A stretch of 64,000 bases of DNA from assembly GCA_040954595.2 (NCBI GenBank), contig CM082581.2:11158286-11222285 (forward strand), in the 5' to 3' direction. The first letter of the stretch is position 1; every line of letters starts with the position of its first letter. Positions 1-18,165 of this stretch are shown here, piece by piece. Made by a program: the position numbers and the translations under genes. Below the pieces are notes generated by a model, which saw nothing but the letters and a program-made list of their open reading frames with translations, was not told the origin of the DNA and made no database searches. Source of the stretch: Balanoglossus misakiensis. Lineage: Eukaryota; Animalia; Hemichordata.

Positions 1-2475
1 CGTCAGACCTGCACCAGGCCTGTCAGAACAGACCTGCACCAGGCCTGTCAGAACAGACCTGCAGCAGGCCTGTCACGTCAGACCTGCACAAGACCTGTCA
101 GAACAGACCTGCACCAGACCTGTCAGAACAGACCTGCACCAGGCCTGTCACGTCAGACCTGCACCAAGCCTGTCACGTCAGACCTGCAGCAGGCCTGTCA
201 CGTCAGACCTGCACCAGGCTAGTCACGTCAGACCTGCACCAGGCCTGTCCCGTCAGACCTGCACCAGGCCTGTCACGTCAGACCTGCACCAGGCCTGTCA
301 CGTCAGACCTGCACCAGGCCTGTCACGTCAGACCTGCACCAGGCCTGTCACGTCAGACCTGCACCAGGCCTGTCACGTCAGACCTGCACCAGGCCTGTCA
401 CGTCAGACCTGCACCAGGCCTGTCACGTCAGACCTGCACCAGGCCTGTCACGTCAGACCTGCAGCAGACCTGTCACGTCAGACCTGCACCAGGCCTGTCA
501 CGTCAGACCTGCACCAGGCCTGTCACGTCAGACCTGCACCAGGCCTGTCAGAACAGACCTGCAGCAGGCCTGTCACGTCAGACCTGCACCAGGCCTGTCA
601 GAACAGACCTGCAGCAGGCCTGTCAGAACAGACCTGCAGCAGGCCTGTCAGAACAGACCTGCACCAGGCCTGTCCCGTCAGACCTGCACCAGGCCTGTCA
701 TGTCAGACCTGCACCAGGCCTGTCACGTCAGACCTGCAGCAGGCCTGTCAGAACAGACCTGCACCAGGCCTGTCCCGTCAGACCTGCACCAGGCCTGTCA
801 TGTCAGACCTGCACCAGGCCTGTCACGTCAGACCTGCAGCAGACCTGTCAGAACAGACCTGCACCAGGCCTGTCACGTCAGACCTGCACCAGGCCTGTCA
901 CGTCAGACCTGCACCAGGCCTGTCACGTCAGACCTGCACCAGGCCTGTCACGTCAGACCTGCACCAGGCCTGTCAGAACAGACCTGCAGCAGGCCTGTCA
1001 GAACAGACCTGCAGCAGGCCTGTCACGTCAGACCTGCAGCAGGCCTGTCAGAACAGACCTGCAGCAGGCCTGTCCCGTCAGACCTGCACCAGGCCTGTCA
1101 CGTCAGACCTGCACCAGGCCTGTCACGTCAGACCTGCACCAGGCTAGTCACGTCAGACCTGCACCAGGCTAGTCACGTCAGACCTGCACCAGGCCTGTCC
1201 CGTCAGACCTGCACCAGGCCTGTCACGTCAGACCTGCACCAGGCCTGTCACGTCAGACCTGCAGCAGGCCTGTCAGAACAGACCTGCACCAGGCCTGTCA
1301 CGTCAGACCTGCACCAGGCCTGTCACGTCAGACCTGCACCAGGCCTGTCACGTCAGACCTGCACCAGGCCTGTCACGTCAGACCTGCACCAGGCCTGTCA
1401 GAACAGACCTGCAGCAGGCCTGTCAGAACAGACCTGCAGCAGGCCTGTCACGTCAGACCTGCAGCAGACCTGTCAGAACAGACCTGCACCAGGCCTGTCC
1501 CGTCAGACCTGCACCAGGCCTGTCACGTCAGACCTGCACCAGGCCTGTCACGTCAGACCTGCACCAGGCTAGTCACGTCAGACCTGCACCAGGCCTGTCA
1601 CGTCAGACCTGCACCAGGCTAGTCACGTCAGACCTGCACCAGGCCTGTCACGTCAGACCTGCACCAGGCCTGTCACGTCAGACCTGCAGCAGGCCTGTCA
1701 CGTCAGACCTGCAGCAGGCCTGTCACGTCAGACCTGCAGCAGACCTGTCAGAACAGACCTGCACCAGGCCTGTCCCGTCAGACCTGCACCAGGCCTGTCA
1801 CGTCAGACCTGCACCAGGCCTGTCACGTCAGACCTGCAGCAGACCTGTCAGAACAGACCTGCACCAGGCCTGTCACGTCAGACCTGCACCAGGCCTGTCA
1901 CGTCAGACCTGCACCAGGCCTGTCACGTCAGACCTGCACCAGGCCTGTCACGTCAGACCTGCACCAGGCCTGTCAGAACAGACCTGCAGCAGACCTGTCA
2001 GAACAGACCTGCACCAGGCCTGTCCCGTCAGACCTGCACCAGGCCTGTCACGTCAGACCTGCACCAGGCCTGTCACGTCAGACCTGCACCAGGCTAGTCA
2101 CGTCAGACCTGCACCAGGCTAGTCACGTCAGACCTGCACCAGGCCTGTCACGTCAGACCTGCAGCAGACCTGTCAGAACAGACCTGCACCAGGCCTGTCC
2201 CGTCAGACCTGCACCAGGCCTGTCACGTCAGACCTGCACCAGGCCTGTCACGTCAGACCTGCACCAGGCCTGTCACGTCAGACCTGCACCAGGCCTGTCA
2301 CGTCAGACCTGCACCAGGCCTGTCACGTCAGACCTGCACCAGGCCTGTCACGTCAGACCTGCACCAGGCCTGTCACGTCAGACCTGCACCAGGCCTGTCA
2401 CGTCAGACCTGCACCAGGCCTGTCACGTCAGACCTGCAGCAGGCCTGTCAGAACAGACCTGCAGCAGGCCTGTCA
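1..2475 (+). repeat. 25-bp tandem satellite, 99 units in window (consensus CGTCAGACCTGCACCAGGCCTGTCA), truncated by window start
   Basis: Phase is kept without indels from 1 to 2475 (unit starts recur at 1, 301, 601 ... 2401). Few recurring variants (CGTC/GAAC, CACC/CAGC, CCTG/CTAG). Each unit has imperfect dyad symmetry CAGACCTG-CAC-CAGGCCTG. Confidence 0.97.
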
Positions 2476-2701
2476 GAACAGACCTGGTGCAGGTCTGGCA
2501 GAACAGACCTGGTGCAGGTCTGGCAGATCAGACCTGGTGCAGGTCTGGCAGATCAGACCTGTGGCAGGTCTGACAGATCAGGTCTGGTGCATGGCTTGCA
2601 TGTCAGACATGCAGCATACCTGACAGGGCAGGTATGCTGCACGCATGTGACAGACCCGGTGCAGACATATCCTGGTGCAGGTCTGTCAATCTTTAGCTGT
2701 G
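2476..2701. mobile_element. Inverted, degenerate satellite units ending in a probable non-autonomous DNA transposon terminus (CMC/EnSpm-like)
   Basis: Units switch orientation (CAGACCTG-GTG-CAGGTCTG) and end in GTCAATCTTTAGCTGTG|TA. The reverse complement TA|CACAGCTAAAGATTGACAGACCTGCACCAGG resembles CACAG-type termini of animal EnSpm-like elements. The other end is outside the window. Confidence 0.45.
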
Positions 2702-2767
2702 TATGGTACAGAAGTTATTTTCACTTGGTGCACAATTTGATGTATCTTTCACTTGTTCACTCTCAAG

Positions 2768-3551
2768 GCAACTTTAAAGAAGAAAAGAATGGTGAATGAG
2801 ACACTGGGACAAACAAGTCAAGATGGAGCTGATTCTGAACTCATGGAAAGTTTACGACGTCGACGACTCAAGACAGATGGTGATCTGACAGAAACTGAAA
2901 AGGAGGAACCAATCAGAAGGTAGTGTAGGGAACTTGGCAAATTCAAAATGGCTCTTGTGGTTGATAATTAACATATTGTCATGGTGATGGAAAAAAAGTG
3001 AAATTAATAATCTTATTTGTGAGAACAAATCAACATGCGCATTAATGTTACATGCTGGAAGTCTATTGAAGAAGATGGATTATTTAAATGTGGCTATAAT
3101 ACTGGTATGTATAATTTAACTGTTACATGATTATTGTCATGTTTTCTTTTCTAATGTTTGATGATTTCTTTCATCCTACAGATCAAGTTGTGATCCCATA
3201 ATCAATGTGGAGATGCCAGCCAAAACACCAGAGAAAAGTGTGGCTACAACCGAAATGACGAAACCAGCTTCACCAGAGGAGAGTCCCACTAAAACCATGT
3301 CACCTACACCAGAAACGGATGAGCTTTATGAAGAAGCCAGTTCTGTTCCGGAAGAACCAGCTAAAGCCAAACAGGTTGTGGAAGATGATAATGTCTATGA
3401 AGACACAGAAAACATCGCGTATGAAAGTGTGGCTGCAGGTCATGGTGGCAGCAACAAGACTGAAGAAGAAGATGATGATGATGATGAACATATCTATGCC
3501 GGTGCAGATGAGAACCCTGAGGAACCCTTGTATGAATTAGCCGAGAAATAA
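2768..3551 (+). CDS. Last two coding exons of a gene starting before the window; possibly shootin-1-like, with an acidic Tyr-motif tail
   Basis: Exons 2768-2919 (ATLKKKRMVNETLGQTSQDGADSELMESLRRRRLKTDGD...) and 3182-3551 join in frame (phase 2, GT-AG) and end at TAA 3549-3551. The first exon resembles recalled vertebrate shootin1b GTLNK...ENSETELERILRRRKVTAEAD. Exon structure is solid; the identity is tentative. Confidence 0.7.
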
Positions 3552-5975
3552 GTATTTATAGGGCCCATCCGTAGGGAAACAGAATACACAAACAGAAAAC
3601 TTTAGTTCCTTAGGAAGCAGATAAAATATGGAGACAAACAAGTATTGTATGAATGGGTACAATTTTGTGAATTTGCCAAATTACACAATGTCTCATTTCC
3701 ACAGTAACAAAATGTTGTCTGTTCTTTAATGTGCCTTAAATGTAACCATGATGGACGTCACTCAGACTGAGACCATTTCATTAAAATAGATACAATATAC
3801 TGGTCAATTTGACTTCATTCCCTGGCCGTAATTTTCACACTTAGGATTCTGGTACAAAATAATCTTTTATGTGTGTACAAATTTGAGAATCGTTTTACTT
3901 AATGTATTCATCTGTGGGTTCCGCAGAAATATCAAAGATTACTTCCATCATCTTATGAGGTGAAAATCTCTTTTTAATCTGAAGTGCCACTATTCAATGT
4001 CATGTGATTTATCTTGCTTGACTGTGATTGGTTAAGCTGGTTTTTCAATCCTGATATTGTGAAGCAAGTTAAAATCTGCATCGACATAGCCTAGAAATGC
4101 TGTTAATACTACACTGCTAGTTTCATAATTGACATCAAATCACGTTTAGAAATTTCTAGTTTTATGGTGTTACCCAAGCCAATCTTACCTGAAATAGTTA
4201 ATGTTATACTTTCTGGTGCTGAGATAGTACGGTAATCCGCATGCCAACATATTGCCTGGTTACCAATCATGAACTTCAAGTACATTATACCTATCAGCCT
4301 TTCACCACATTGTTTCTATGGTAGAGTTGGGTCTTTTTGGCGTGAACTGGGGTGATAGAGTTATAAGAAACCCAAGATTAAGAAACACATCACATTACAT
4401 TCTCCATGAGACACAGATCATAGTAATTTTCTTGAATCTTCAAATATTTCACTTGGACAACTTTGATGATAGTTTAAATATAAAATTTTGACTTTGGAAT
4501 GTTTTTGTGTGCTTCTTTCTTTTTTGATTCCAAGTTTTGTTCATTTGATTTTTAGACTTCGATCATTTGAGGGTCTTCCATTTTGTATTGAACTTTTGAA
4601 TACTGTCAAGCCAAATCAATTTATTTCTATTTACATATATCACATTAATTTCATTCATTCTGTTATTTCATGTATCAAAGAAAATGGATAGACACCAGTA
4701 CCAATTTGACACTGCCCCACATTTCAATCATTACAATATTTTGCAATTATAGTAATCAGTGTTTTCAAAACAGGGCACATTTCGTGCTATAAATATATAT
4801 TGCCGGGGCAGAGGATCAGTGTGTATTTGTGTTTGCCAGATTGGTCCACAAGATGTCAAATTATGCGTTTGGGGCATGACTTTATCAAGACTGAAATATG
4901 TGCTAGATGATGGTGACTGTGATGTTTATTATTTTCAAGTAAATGGTATGTGCACATGATGTCACATGACTTAGTTATCTAGCTCAAAGAACTGTTGGGA
5001 TTACTTTACTGCATGCATTTGAACTTGGGAAACCCCATAGCAACCACTTCACTTTGATGTAAATGATATCCATCAACCATAAATCTTCAGAGTTTGATAA
5101 CATTTCCCCTTTCACTCATTCAAATATTATTAAAGTGGCATTTCTTCATGTCTCTTAGTGCTAAAATAATGCAGGGAAGGCATGCAATAAATATCATAGT
5201 CTGGACACCCCTGTGCGCCAAAAAAAATTTCATATTTGGTCTATAAATAGTATATCACACAATATCTTATCTGAAAAATGACAGATGATATGAAGTATCC
5301 ATAGAGTACATTTAGCTGTAGTCTAGAATCTAGTCAAGATTCTGCAAACTGTTAGTATGTAACTGTGATTATTTTCTGGCAGCTAGAAAACCTTGCCTGG
5401 TGAATAAGCAAGAAAGCTATCTGGTCAGCAAGCAATTGTGCACCAGTTTCAAAACTAAGCAATTTGCAAAATATGGGTCACATGATTTCCAAATGTGATG
5501 TGAATGTCTGATTGTTTCGCGTGTGTCTGAATTCTCACTGTATCAGCCGAGGAATGTAAATCTTGAAATCAAAATTAGAATTGGGAAAATAAAATCTTAT
5601 TAATGAAGCTGTAATATATGAAAAAGATATGTACAATTTTAGATAGTAATATCTTTATTTCTGAGCATGTCAGCTTGCAAGTTTTTTTTAATTTTGATAT
5701 CCAACCTAGCAGGATTTTAGGTTTCACATTATTTGTATGGCAAAAAGATGCTAGACATAATTGTAGAATTCTTTTGCAATTGCCGGAGAAAAGACTGATA
5801 TTTCTAGTCACTGTCTGTACCCCCTTAGAAACTTCATCCCACAAATTTGACAGAGCAAGTGGTATATACGCAAGTCTGCATACCAAGAGAATGTGGGACT
5901 GGGTAGTTTTAGCTTTTCTGCTGTGATATCATTAACAATGTAATGTAGACATCACTCTGATTATAATGGCATCAG

Positions 5976-5981
5976 AATAAA
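5976..5981 (+). terminator. Candidate polyadenylation signal of the upstream + strand gene
   Basis: AATAAA followed within about 50 nt by a GT-rich tract (GTGTATTTTGTGTGTGTG). Implies a 3' UTR of about 2.4 kb. Confidence 0.4.
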
Positions 5982-8900
5982 GTAATCTATATAATTTTGT
6001 ACCATGTTCGATGTGTATTTTGTGTGTGTGCATTAAAACTGAAATCCACTGATTAAGACATGCGACCTGTCAGCACAAGGCAGAAAGTCAATTCATGCAC
6101 AAAGAATTTCAGAGCTCAATTATCTTTATGAGAGAATCTCTCTCTTCAACAACAGGTATCACCACAGAATAGACCACTTGCCACAGTACAACATACAATG
6201 CATGTATAGAAGCATGCAGTGGGAGCTGAATATAAAAGCTCATAGTGGGGAAGGTACCATACTACAAGAATTTGCCATTAGAGGAGCCCTCATCTGAAAC
6301 AGAATCCTAATACGGCATGAACTGACACCAACAATAGAATCCAAAACAGTAAATCATATAAACTTTTAAACATCAGATAGCGCCCTCACATGGCAATGTG
6401 AGATCTCCAAAAGAATCTTTGATAATACTCTTTGAAGGAAAATCCTTCAGTTCAGTCGAAACAAACTGGATACCACCGTTTCTAAACCCCATCAGTTCCA
6501 CACTGCAAACTGGATGTACATATGATAGGCACAGTCAATGTAAATTATGAGACATGGATGAAGTTTCTGTTCTGTCAAGATCAAAACTTGTTCGTTGAGA
6601 CTTGACAATCTTGGCAAGGGAAAACAATAAGAACTTCAAACATTGGTATTCAGTGTGATCGGTATCATAGAAATGAAAGAAATTACCACTTAATATCTTC
6701 GGTTTCACTATAAAGTTTTTATTTTCTGAAAGTTTAGAACATCCACTGTACAATATACACACAAACAGAGAGATCTGATTGACAAAGAATTTGATTTTTC
6801 TTCCAAAAGGAAATAGAGAGAGCACCCTCTGATTATTGGGACACATTGGATCCCTCTTAAGTCACTAAAGTTTCCTACTGAAAACACTTGTTGGCTGGCA
6901 AGTCAGTCACAGAACAGAAAAAAAATGTACAAAGACCTCACTTCCTGGCACTCATCATATCCTAGTTTATATGAAGTTCCAAGGGTCAAAGTTCATTTCA
7001 GAGCCCAACGGTGGTGGAATGATACAACATGACTGAGTTTAATCAAAATGTACGGTGACAGATAAAAAATAAAAGTTGGGTAGTGCAGTATAGTTGGGAG
7101 GGTTTCACAGAAAAGTCTGGTGGTGAAATGAGTGGATCCTTGATGAATAAAAACAAAGTTAACCTTGCTAACTTGTTGATTGATGTATTTGAATTATGGG
7201 ATCACTGGATACTGGTCAGTAGAAATGTATGAACCTGATGTCGACGCAGTTCCGGTGTCCAACTGCAGATTTCAGTAATTACATGATAGCACCGTGATTA
7301 ATTTTTCAAATTGATCCTCGATTTTTTCACATTGTTCCACACTTTAAACACTGTTTAAAATGTAGCTGACCTAATCAATATTTTTCCTGGTTTCATTACT
7401 TTGTTTTGCATACGTCGGTATGCCCAACGTACTTTCAAAATCAACAAAATAATTAGTACTGATGATTTGACTTATGTGTAGTACAACAATCCCTCTCTAT
7501 GTGTTGGACATCAATAAAATATCAATTCAACATAAAAGTAACATAAAAGTGACAGACTTTGAAAGAAATAAAATAAAAGAAAAACAACTGTACTGTTCGT
7601 TTGTTTAAAACATGGCAAATGTTGTGTGTAGAAATGCAAGACCTCTGTGCCACGCTGAACGATGTCTTGCTGGTCTGAAAGGCCCGACATAATCTCACAC
7701 CAAGATCTGACATGTCAAAGTGATGATTAATGAAACTGTTTTGCAGACAATTTGGTTTCCAGCTTTAAATTTTCGAAAATTCACTAAAAATATGAAAGTT
7801 GACGTACACAAATTACACACTACTAATTTTGATTTGAATTCTGGTGATGAAATCTTAAATAACAATAAATTAGAAAATAAAATAAATTGCTGAAGTCCAT
7901 GAAAAATTGGATCATTCTGAAAGTATGGCATTAAAAGACTGATTATGGTCAATCAATGTTTAAACAGTAAAATACACTGTAGCATTATCAATATCAGCCA
8001 TAAAAAGTTGTTCAAAACATGACGGATATTTGTGACTGAAATATCCATCACGTCATTTGCATTTAGATTTTGCATCAAGGGTTCTCAAGCAACACACACC
8101 TTTTAGTCTTGAGTCACCGAGTGGCTATGTTTGTTCTGGTTTTGTGGTAGGTCTTGAGTCAATCAATGGTAAATATGTTAGCAAAGCGTTTAAGAAAATC
8201 AAGGCTTAATTTTTCAGACAATCAAGTGACGTCACTTTTGATGACAAATCATGGTGATCTGTACATCATCACAATTCCATCAAAAGACTCATACACATTA
8301 CATCATCTTACCAAAATAGTACAGCTTTCCATAAAGAGTTGACAAATATTTCCCACACTGTCACTGTAGAGTGTAGATCTTCCATGCACAGGAATTTAGC
8401 CATCTCTCTCCGACTATCTGTCAAACCAATTTCGTATCATCAAATGTATCTGTTTGACAGCCTATGTCTTCTGTCTTGGGAATCTTGGACCATTCCATGA
8501 ACTACAAGGTTATTTAAGTGATACAGAATAGCTTGTTAAACAGTTTCATTGTTGCATTTTTGTTGCAGATTAGAATCAAACAAGTGAACTGGAGAGGCCA
8601 TGTGGTTTGGAAAATAAAATATGGGCAAGCACACTTGTAAATACAATTCAAATCCTCTACAGCATCAAGACTGTGTCCATACAACAATACATGTACTGAT
8701 GATTACACCAATCCCATGATAGTTTTGAAAATGAATAAGCATCAAAGATACGTCGCATACATGTAGCTGTACAATTAACAATCCAAATTCCCTCATATCA
8801 TCTCACTCTATAACTCTCTCAAACGTCCCTATAACTTTGTACAATTATCACTTATGTTCAATTCCATTTTCATGATATTCACCTTTGCCTCTCAATCTCT

Positions 8901-9622
8901 CATTATCCACAAATCGTGGACCTGCTAAGTACAAACAGTCACAGCACATTATCACAAATGTGCAGTCTATACAATTTCAATATCCACACCTATCGAGGGA
9001 GACAACATCTAGTCATTGCAGACTGTTCCTAAATAAATAGAACTGTTGTTGTTTTCAACCACGAATTCGCTTGAGTTGTATGCTTCAAAATGATCCAAGC
9101 AGTGCCATCTGCATTTCTGATCGACCATGGCATAGCAAGATGAACAACGTCCGTGTCGCAATGAGGCAGTCAGTGAGTAAATCCTTTATATTCCACATCT
9201 CAGTTTTCCTCTGCCATCAAAACCATTTTCGGATAAAAAAGTGTCATTTTCTTCTCAAATGGCACATTATCTTCCATGCATCTGTTGTGAAGTTCAGGTC
9301 ATGAAATCGTCATCTGGTTCCCGGGGCAACAAAATGCTCCACAAGGTAACTATGGCAATGTGATCTTCTTTAATACATCTAGCTGCATATCTGTGTGCAC
9401 TGTGTTCTCAATACGTCAAGTTTCTCGTGCAGGTAGGTATGCATTGTACTTTCTTCCCATTCCTCTTCATGGCATAAATTACGTAGCAAAACAATATTCC
9501 TCAAAAAGGCATATTGGTATCCCCTTTTCAGAATTTCCTTGAAATAAATCTGTGTAAAAAAGTTTTGATAGATTTTCTTTGTAGTTTTTCTGGATAAAAA
9601 ATCTGTACTCTGTCCAGGCAGG

Positions 9623-14452
<4,830 letters not shown>

Positions 14453-17400
14453 TTACACAATCAAGTCTTTGATATGGGTTTTTATCATATCCATCTGTCC
14501 ACACACGGATACATGTGTAAAATTTCTAGCAATAAAAACAATATGCTCTAAAATAGACATTGTAAATGCAGCCAGTGGTTGCACTGGGAGCTGACGGCAA
14601 GAAAGAAAATTTTTATGACAGGAACTTTACACGATATCAAAAGAGGCACTGTACCGTGATGATTAATTTTCGCATTATTGTATTTCACTAACTGCATCGT
14701 TATCTCCGAAAAACATTTTACACAACTTATTATTTACACGTTTTTTCTGTGACGGTCGTGAAAATTTATTGTTCCCGTATGAAATGAAAACCACCACAAT
14801 AATATCAAAAGATGGCAAATGTAGGAATATCTGTTCAAATCAGTGAAACAAAGGCTTGGAACAATATAGCATCTTTGTTTGATTGATGAGCAATTTGTCT
14901 TCTCTGTGGGTTAGAACCTTGCCACCACAATGACTTTCATTCATTGCAACAACAAAAAAACATATCTGACACGTATTAGTGTTTTTAAATTCAGAGACAT
15001 GCTTTGTACATGAACTGCTGACTGCTATATACTGTTAGTACAACTTCGATGTAACTACAATGTATCCCAAATTACATGTAATTCCTGAAACTGGATCTAA
15101 AGCAGGAAAATGTTTAGAACAGCTGTGTGTATATGTACTGCTTTCTGGTGAAAGGGTTAAAATCATAAAACTCTGGATATCCATGTTAATGGATATCCAG
15201 ATACACACACTCGCTCACACACATACAATTAACAATGGTGTAAATTTAAATCATCAGTCACCCAAATCAGGGGAAACAGCCTATCTACATGTATATACAT
15301 GTACAACAGATTCTTACATGTATTTGTTCATAGGAAAAGGACATTTACAAAGAGACATATATCTGACTGAACTCAAAGTTTATCCACATGGTATCAGTAT
15401 ATTTGATGACCCCTCAACCTCCCGTTTATCCATGTACCATAAAACATCAATTCGTGACATTCAGAAGATTTAATTTTAGCTGGAGTGTCCTGGTTGGGTG
15501 CAAAGACAATCTGAAAATCAGAGTGGCCTTCCAGTACTCTGATTCTTCCAGTTCAATTGTGGTGAAGAGTAAAGAAACCTCAAACTGGAGACTCAAAATA
15601 CTGATTACAGTACTGTACTGTGTACATGTAGTATGACTTCCTATGGTAAAATGATAAGACTGCAGTCCAATTGCTTATTCTGTCTATCTGCCTGTCTCTC
15701 TTTCTCTCTCTCTGAACTTACCATGACTTATCAGTTATCTCGTCAAGACCTTCAATGAATGTACTTGGACAAAGCAGCAGTCATTTGACGTGTGTTAACA
15801 ATTCATGATGTACATGTATCCTTTGATACGTGGACTCAGAAAGACGCAAAAAAAAAAAACTCCCTCAGCCGATATGAACCTAATGAACGCCAGACTGGTC
15901 AACTTAGTCAAGATTTGCAAATGAATTATCCGACTGATGCAAAAATGACGGGCATAAAGGTGCCTCAGTATGCATCAATATGGATTACTATTGAGGACGT
16001 AACGAAAAATAAAATCTGAATTTTACACACACATACATGTACCGTAATGATACATGTATAATATGGTAACAGATTTTTACCCAAATCACTTGTGTGTTTC
16101 AACACAAAGAATGCAACACAACAGACCAACATTAATATACAGGCAATATCAATGTATTGTACATTTATAGTGCATCATGACTTGTATACATTCACTGATT
16201 CAGTCGGCAGAATCCCTCCTTTTTGCCCAGGGCCAAATGTTGCATGCCATAAATTCATTCAGAATATTATATTACACAAAATTTTAAATCTGACTGGGTT
16301 ACAACCAGGGGCCACATTGTATCAACACTCAGTGCTAACATTTACTTTTCTGAATATAAAAGTACACTAACTATATTTATCAGCATCATTCACTTAGTTC
16401 TAATGGCTAGCAAACTAGTGATCTGATCTGATCTAATCTAATCTCTATTTAATTTAATTATGCAAGTAGACTAAAAAGTCTGAAGAAATCCTACATTTTC
16501 AGTTTTGATTTCATCGCATGAAATGCATACCATTATACCATACTTGAGCTTAGACCAACAGACAGGAATCAGATCATTTTCACTGTCCCTATAATAAACT
16601 GACATCAATCATTATGAATCAGTGATTGCATTTTCAAGGTGTACAATGTATCTCACTTGTGTTCATACACCTCATGGATGCATCAAACAATTTACACACA
16701 AATCTTAATTTAAGAGAACACCGTTTTTCATCATTGCTTCAAAATATGCAATAAGCACTCTTAAAGGCAGGGCTATGAAATAAGTGAAAGAAAACATTTT
16801 GCAGAGCTGTTTAGAAATGTAACATCAATTAGAAAGAATTCAGTACCAATTTGTGTCAAGGGCTATGGTCGAGTGCACTTCACTAACTTCAATAGGACAG
16901 CTTTGGAATTCAAAGCAACAACCGGGCAGCTGCTGGTTTGACAATAGACACAGACAGACAAAAATACAGAGTAACAGTGGGTGGCAATGAATACTATTGT
17001 TAAGCCCACTGCTAGAATACATTTCATGCAACAACCTTTTAATTTGCGGTGGGGCTCATGACTACATGTACATATGAACAGTTGCAGACTAATTTTGTAT
17101 CTTGGTCAACAGTGAACATTACCAATTAATAATATCATATTTGTGATTAAAAACATAAATATCTATGATCTCGTTAAATTGCAAATGATTGAATCAATAG
17201 CCATACTATTAATTATACAATGTCTACTGCGAATTATGAGGGTACTGTACTCTTATTTCAAATACTGGGATCTTTCAACGATAATAACCCATTAATACAT
17301 GTATGTATGGGTGTGTGTGATCTACATGTAATTACTTGCCATGTTTATGATGTACAGAAATGCCAGAATTTTTTATTTCACCATATTTTATCTTATTATG

Positions 17401-17513
17401 ATTTTCAAAAGTTACTGTGAGGAATGAGAGGAACATCTGGAAGTAATACAACTCAAACGTCTTTCTGAGTACTGTAGGCATCACCCTGGGTTGTTACAGG
17501 GCTAGCATTGGGG

Positions 17514-17581
17514 TAGCCTAGTCCTAGCTGTATTTTGTCCGCTTTGCTTCCAAAACTACATATACGGCTAGGACTAGGCTA
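17514..17581. mobile_element. 68-bp miniature TIR element with 9-bp target-site duplication (TAG...CTA ends, Academ-like)
   Basis: 20-bp TIRs TAGCCTAGTCCTAGCTGTAT / ATACGGCTAGGACTAGGCTA (1 mismatch). Flanked by perfect direct repeat GCATTGGGG at 17505-17513 and 17582-17590. Confidence 0.85.
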
Positions 17582-18074
17582 GCATTGGGGCAGTAAAAGG
17601 CCACCACCTGACAAGACATAAGGGATAGCACTGGATGATGTCATGGGGGTTTAGTGCTGGGCTCAACAGGGGCTACACCTGGACTGACCCTTCGATCACT
17701 CTGTGACATTCCGAGCACTGTTCCTCAAAGCCAGAAAGCACTATTCCACCGGACCATACAATGTCATAATGTACACCATACTTTATCAATTAACCTGATA
17801 CCTAGATGCCAACATAATCATAAAGGACAGTCCTTTATCAATCTCCATGGCAACCTTTCACCCTAAATGATTGTGTTGCCTGTCTGATAGATTTGGATGA
17901 TCATTCTACAAAGTCCTTCACCATAGCAAGTGGTAAAACTCCACATTTCACAGACTGGGCAGTCCCTCCAATTCAGAACAGGGCTAACGTAACAAATCCT
18001 ATCTTTCATTTCAGTTGGGGGGAACAATGACATGTACTAGTACAACTACTACACCTCTGCACAGATTGAATTTA

Positions 18075-18165
18075 TTAACCTTCACCCCCATTTTCCTGTA
18101 TAAAGGTCCACCTTTGCCAGTGAAAACAATGGGATTGGGCAAAACCATGGCAGTGAAAGGGTTAA
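18075..18165. mobile_element. piggyBac-like MITE remnant
   Basis: TTAA|CCTTCACCCCC ... GGCAGTGAAAGGG|TTAA: TTAA at both ends with imperfect TIRs. A similar right end (GGTGAAAGGGTTAA) lies near 15147-15160. Confidence 0.6.

Noticed and set aside
700-1572. 290-aa and 115-aa repetitive ORFs
   Set aside because: By-products of a 25-bp (non-triplet) satellite that lacks stops; no splice or domain evidence.
1-2475. CRISPR-like array of palindromic repeats
   Set aside because: Units abut directly with only a few recurring variants, no unique spacers and no cas genes; the context is eukaryotic.
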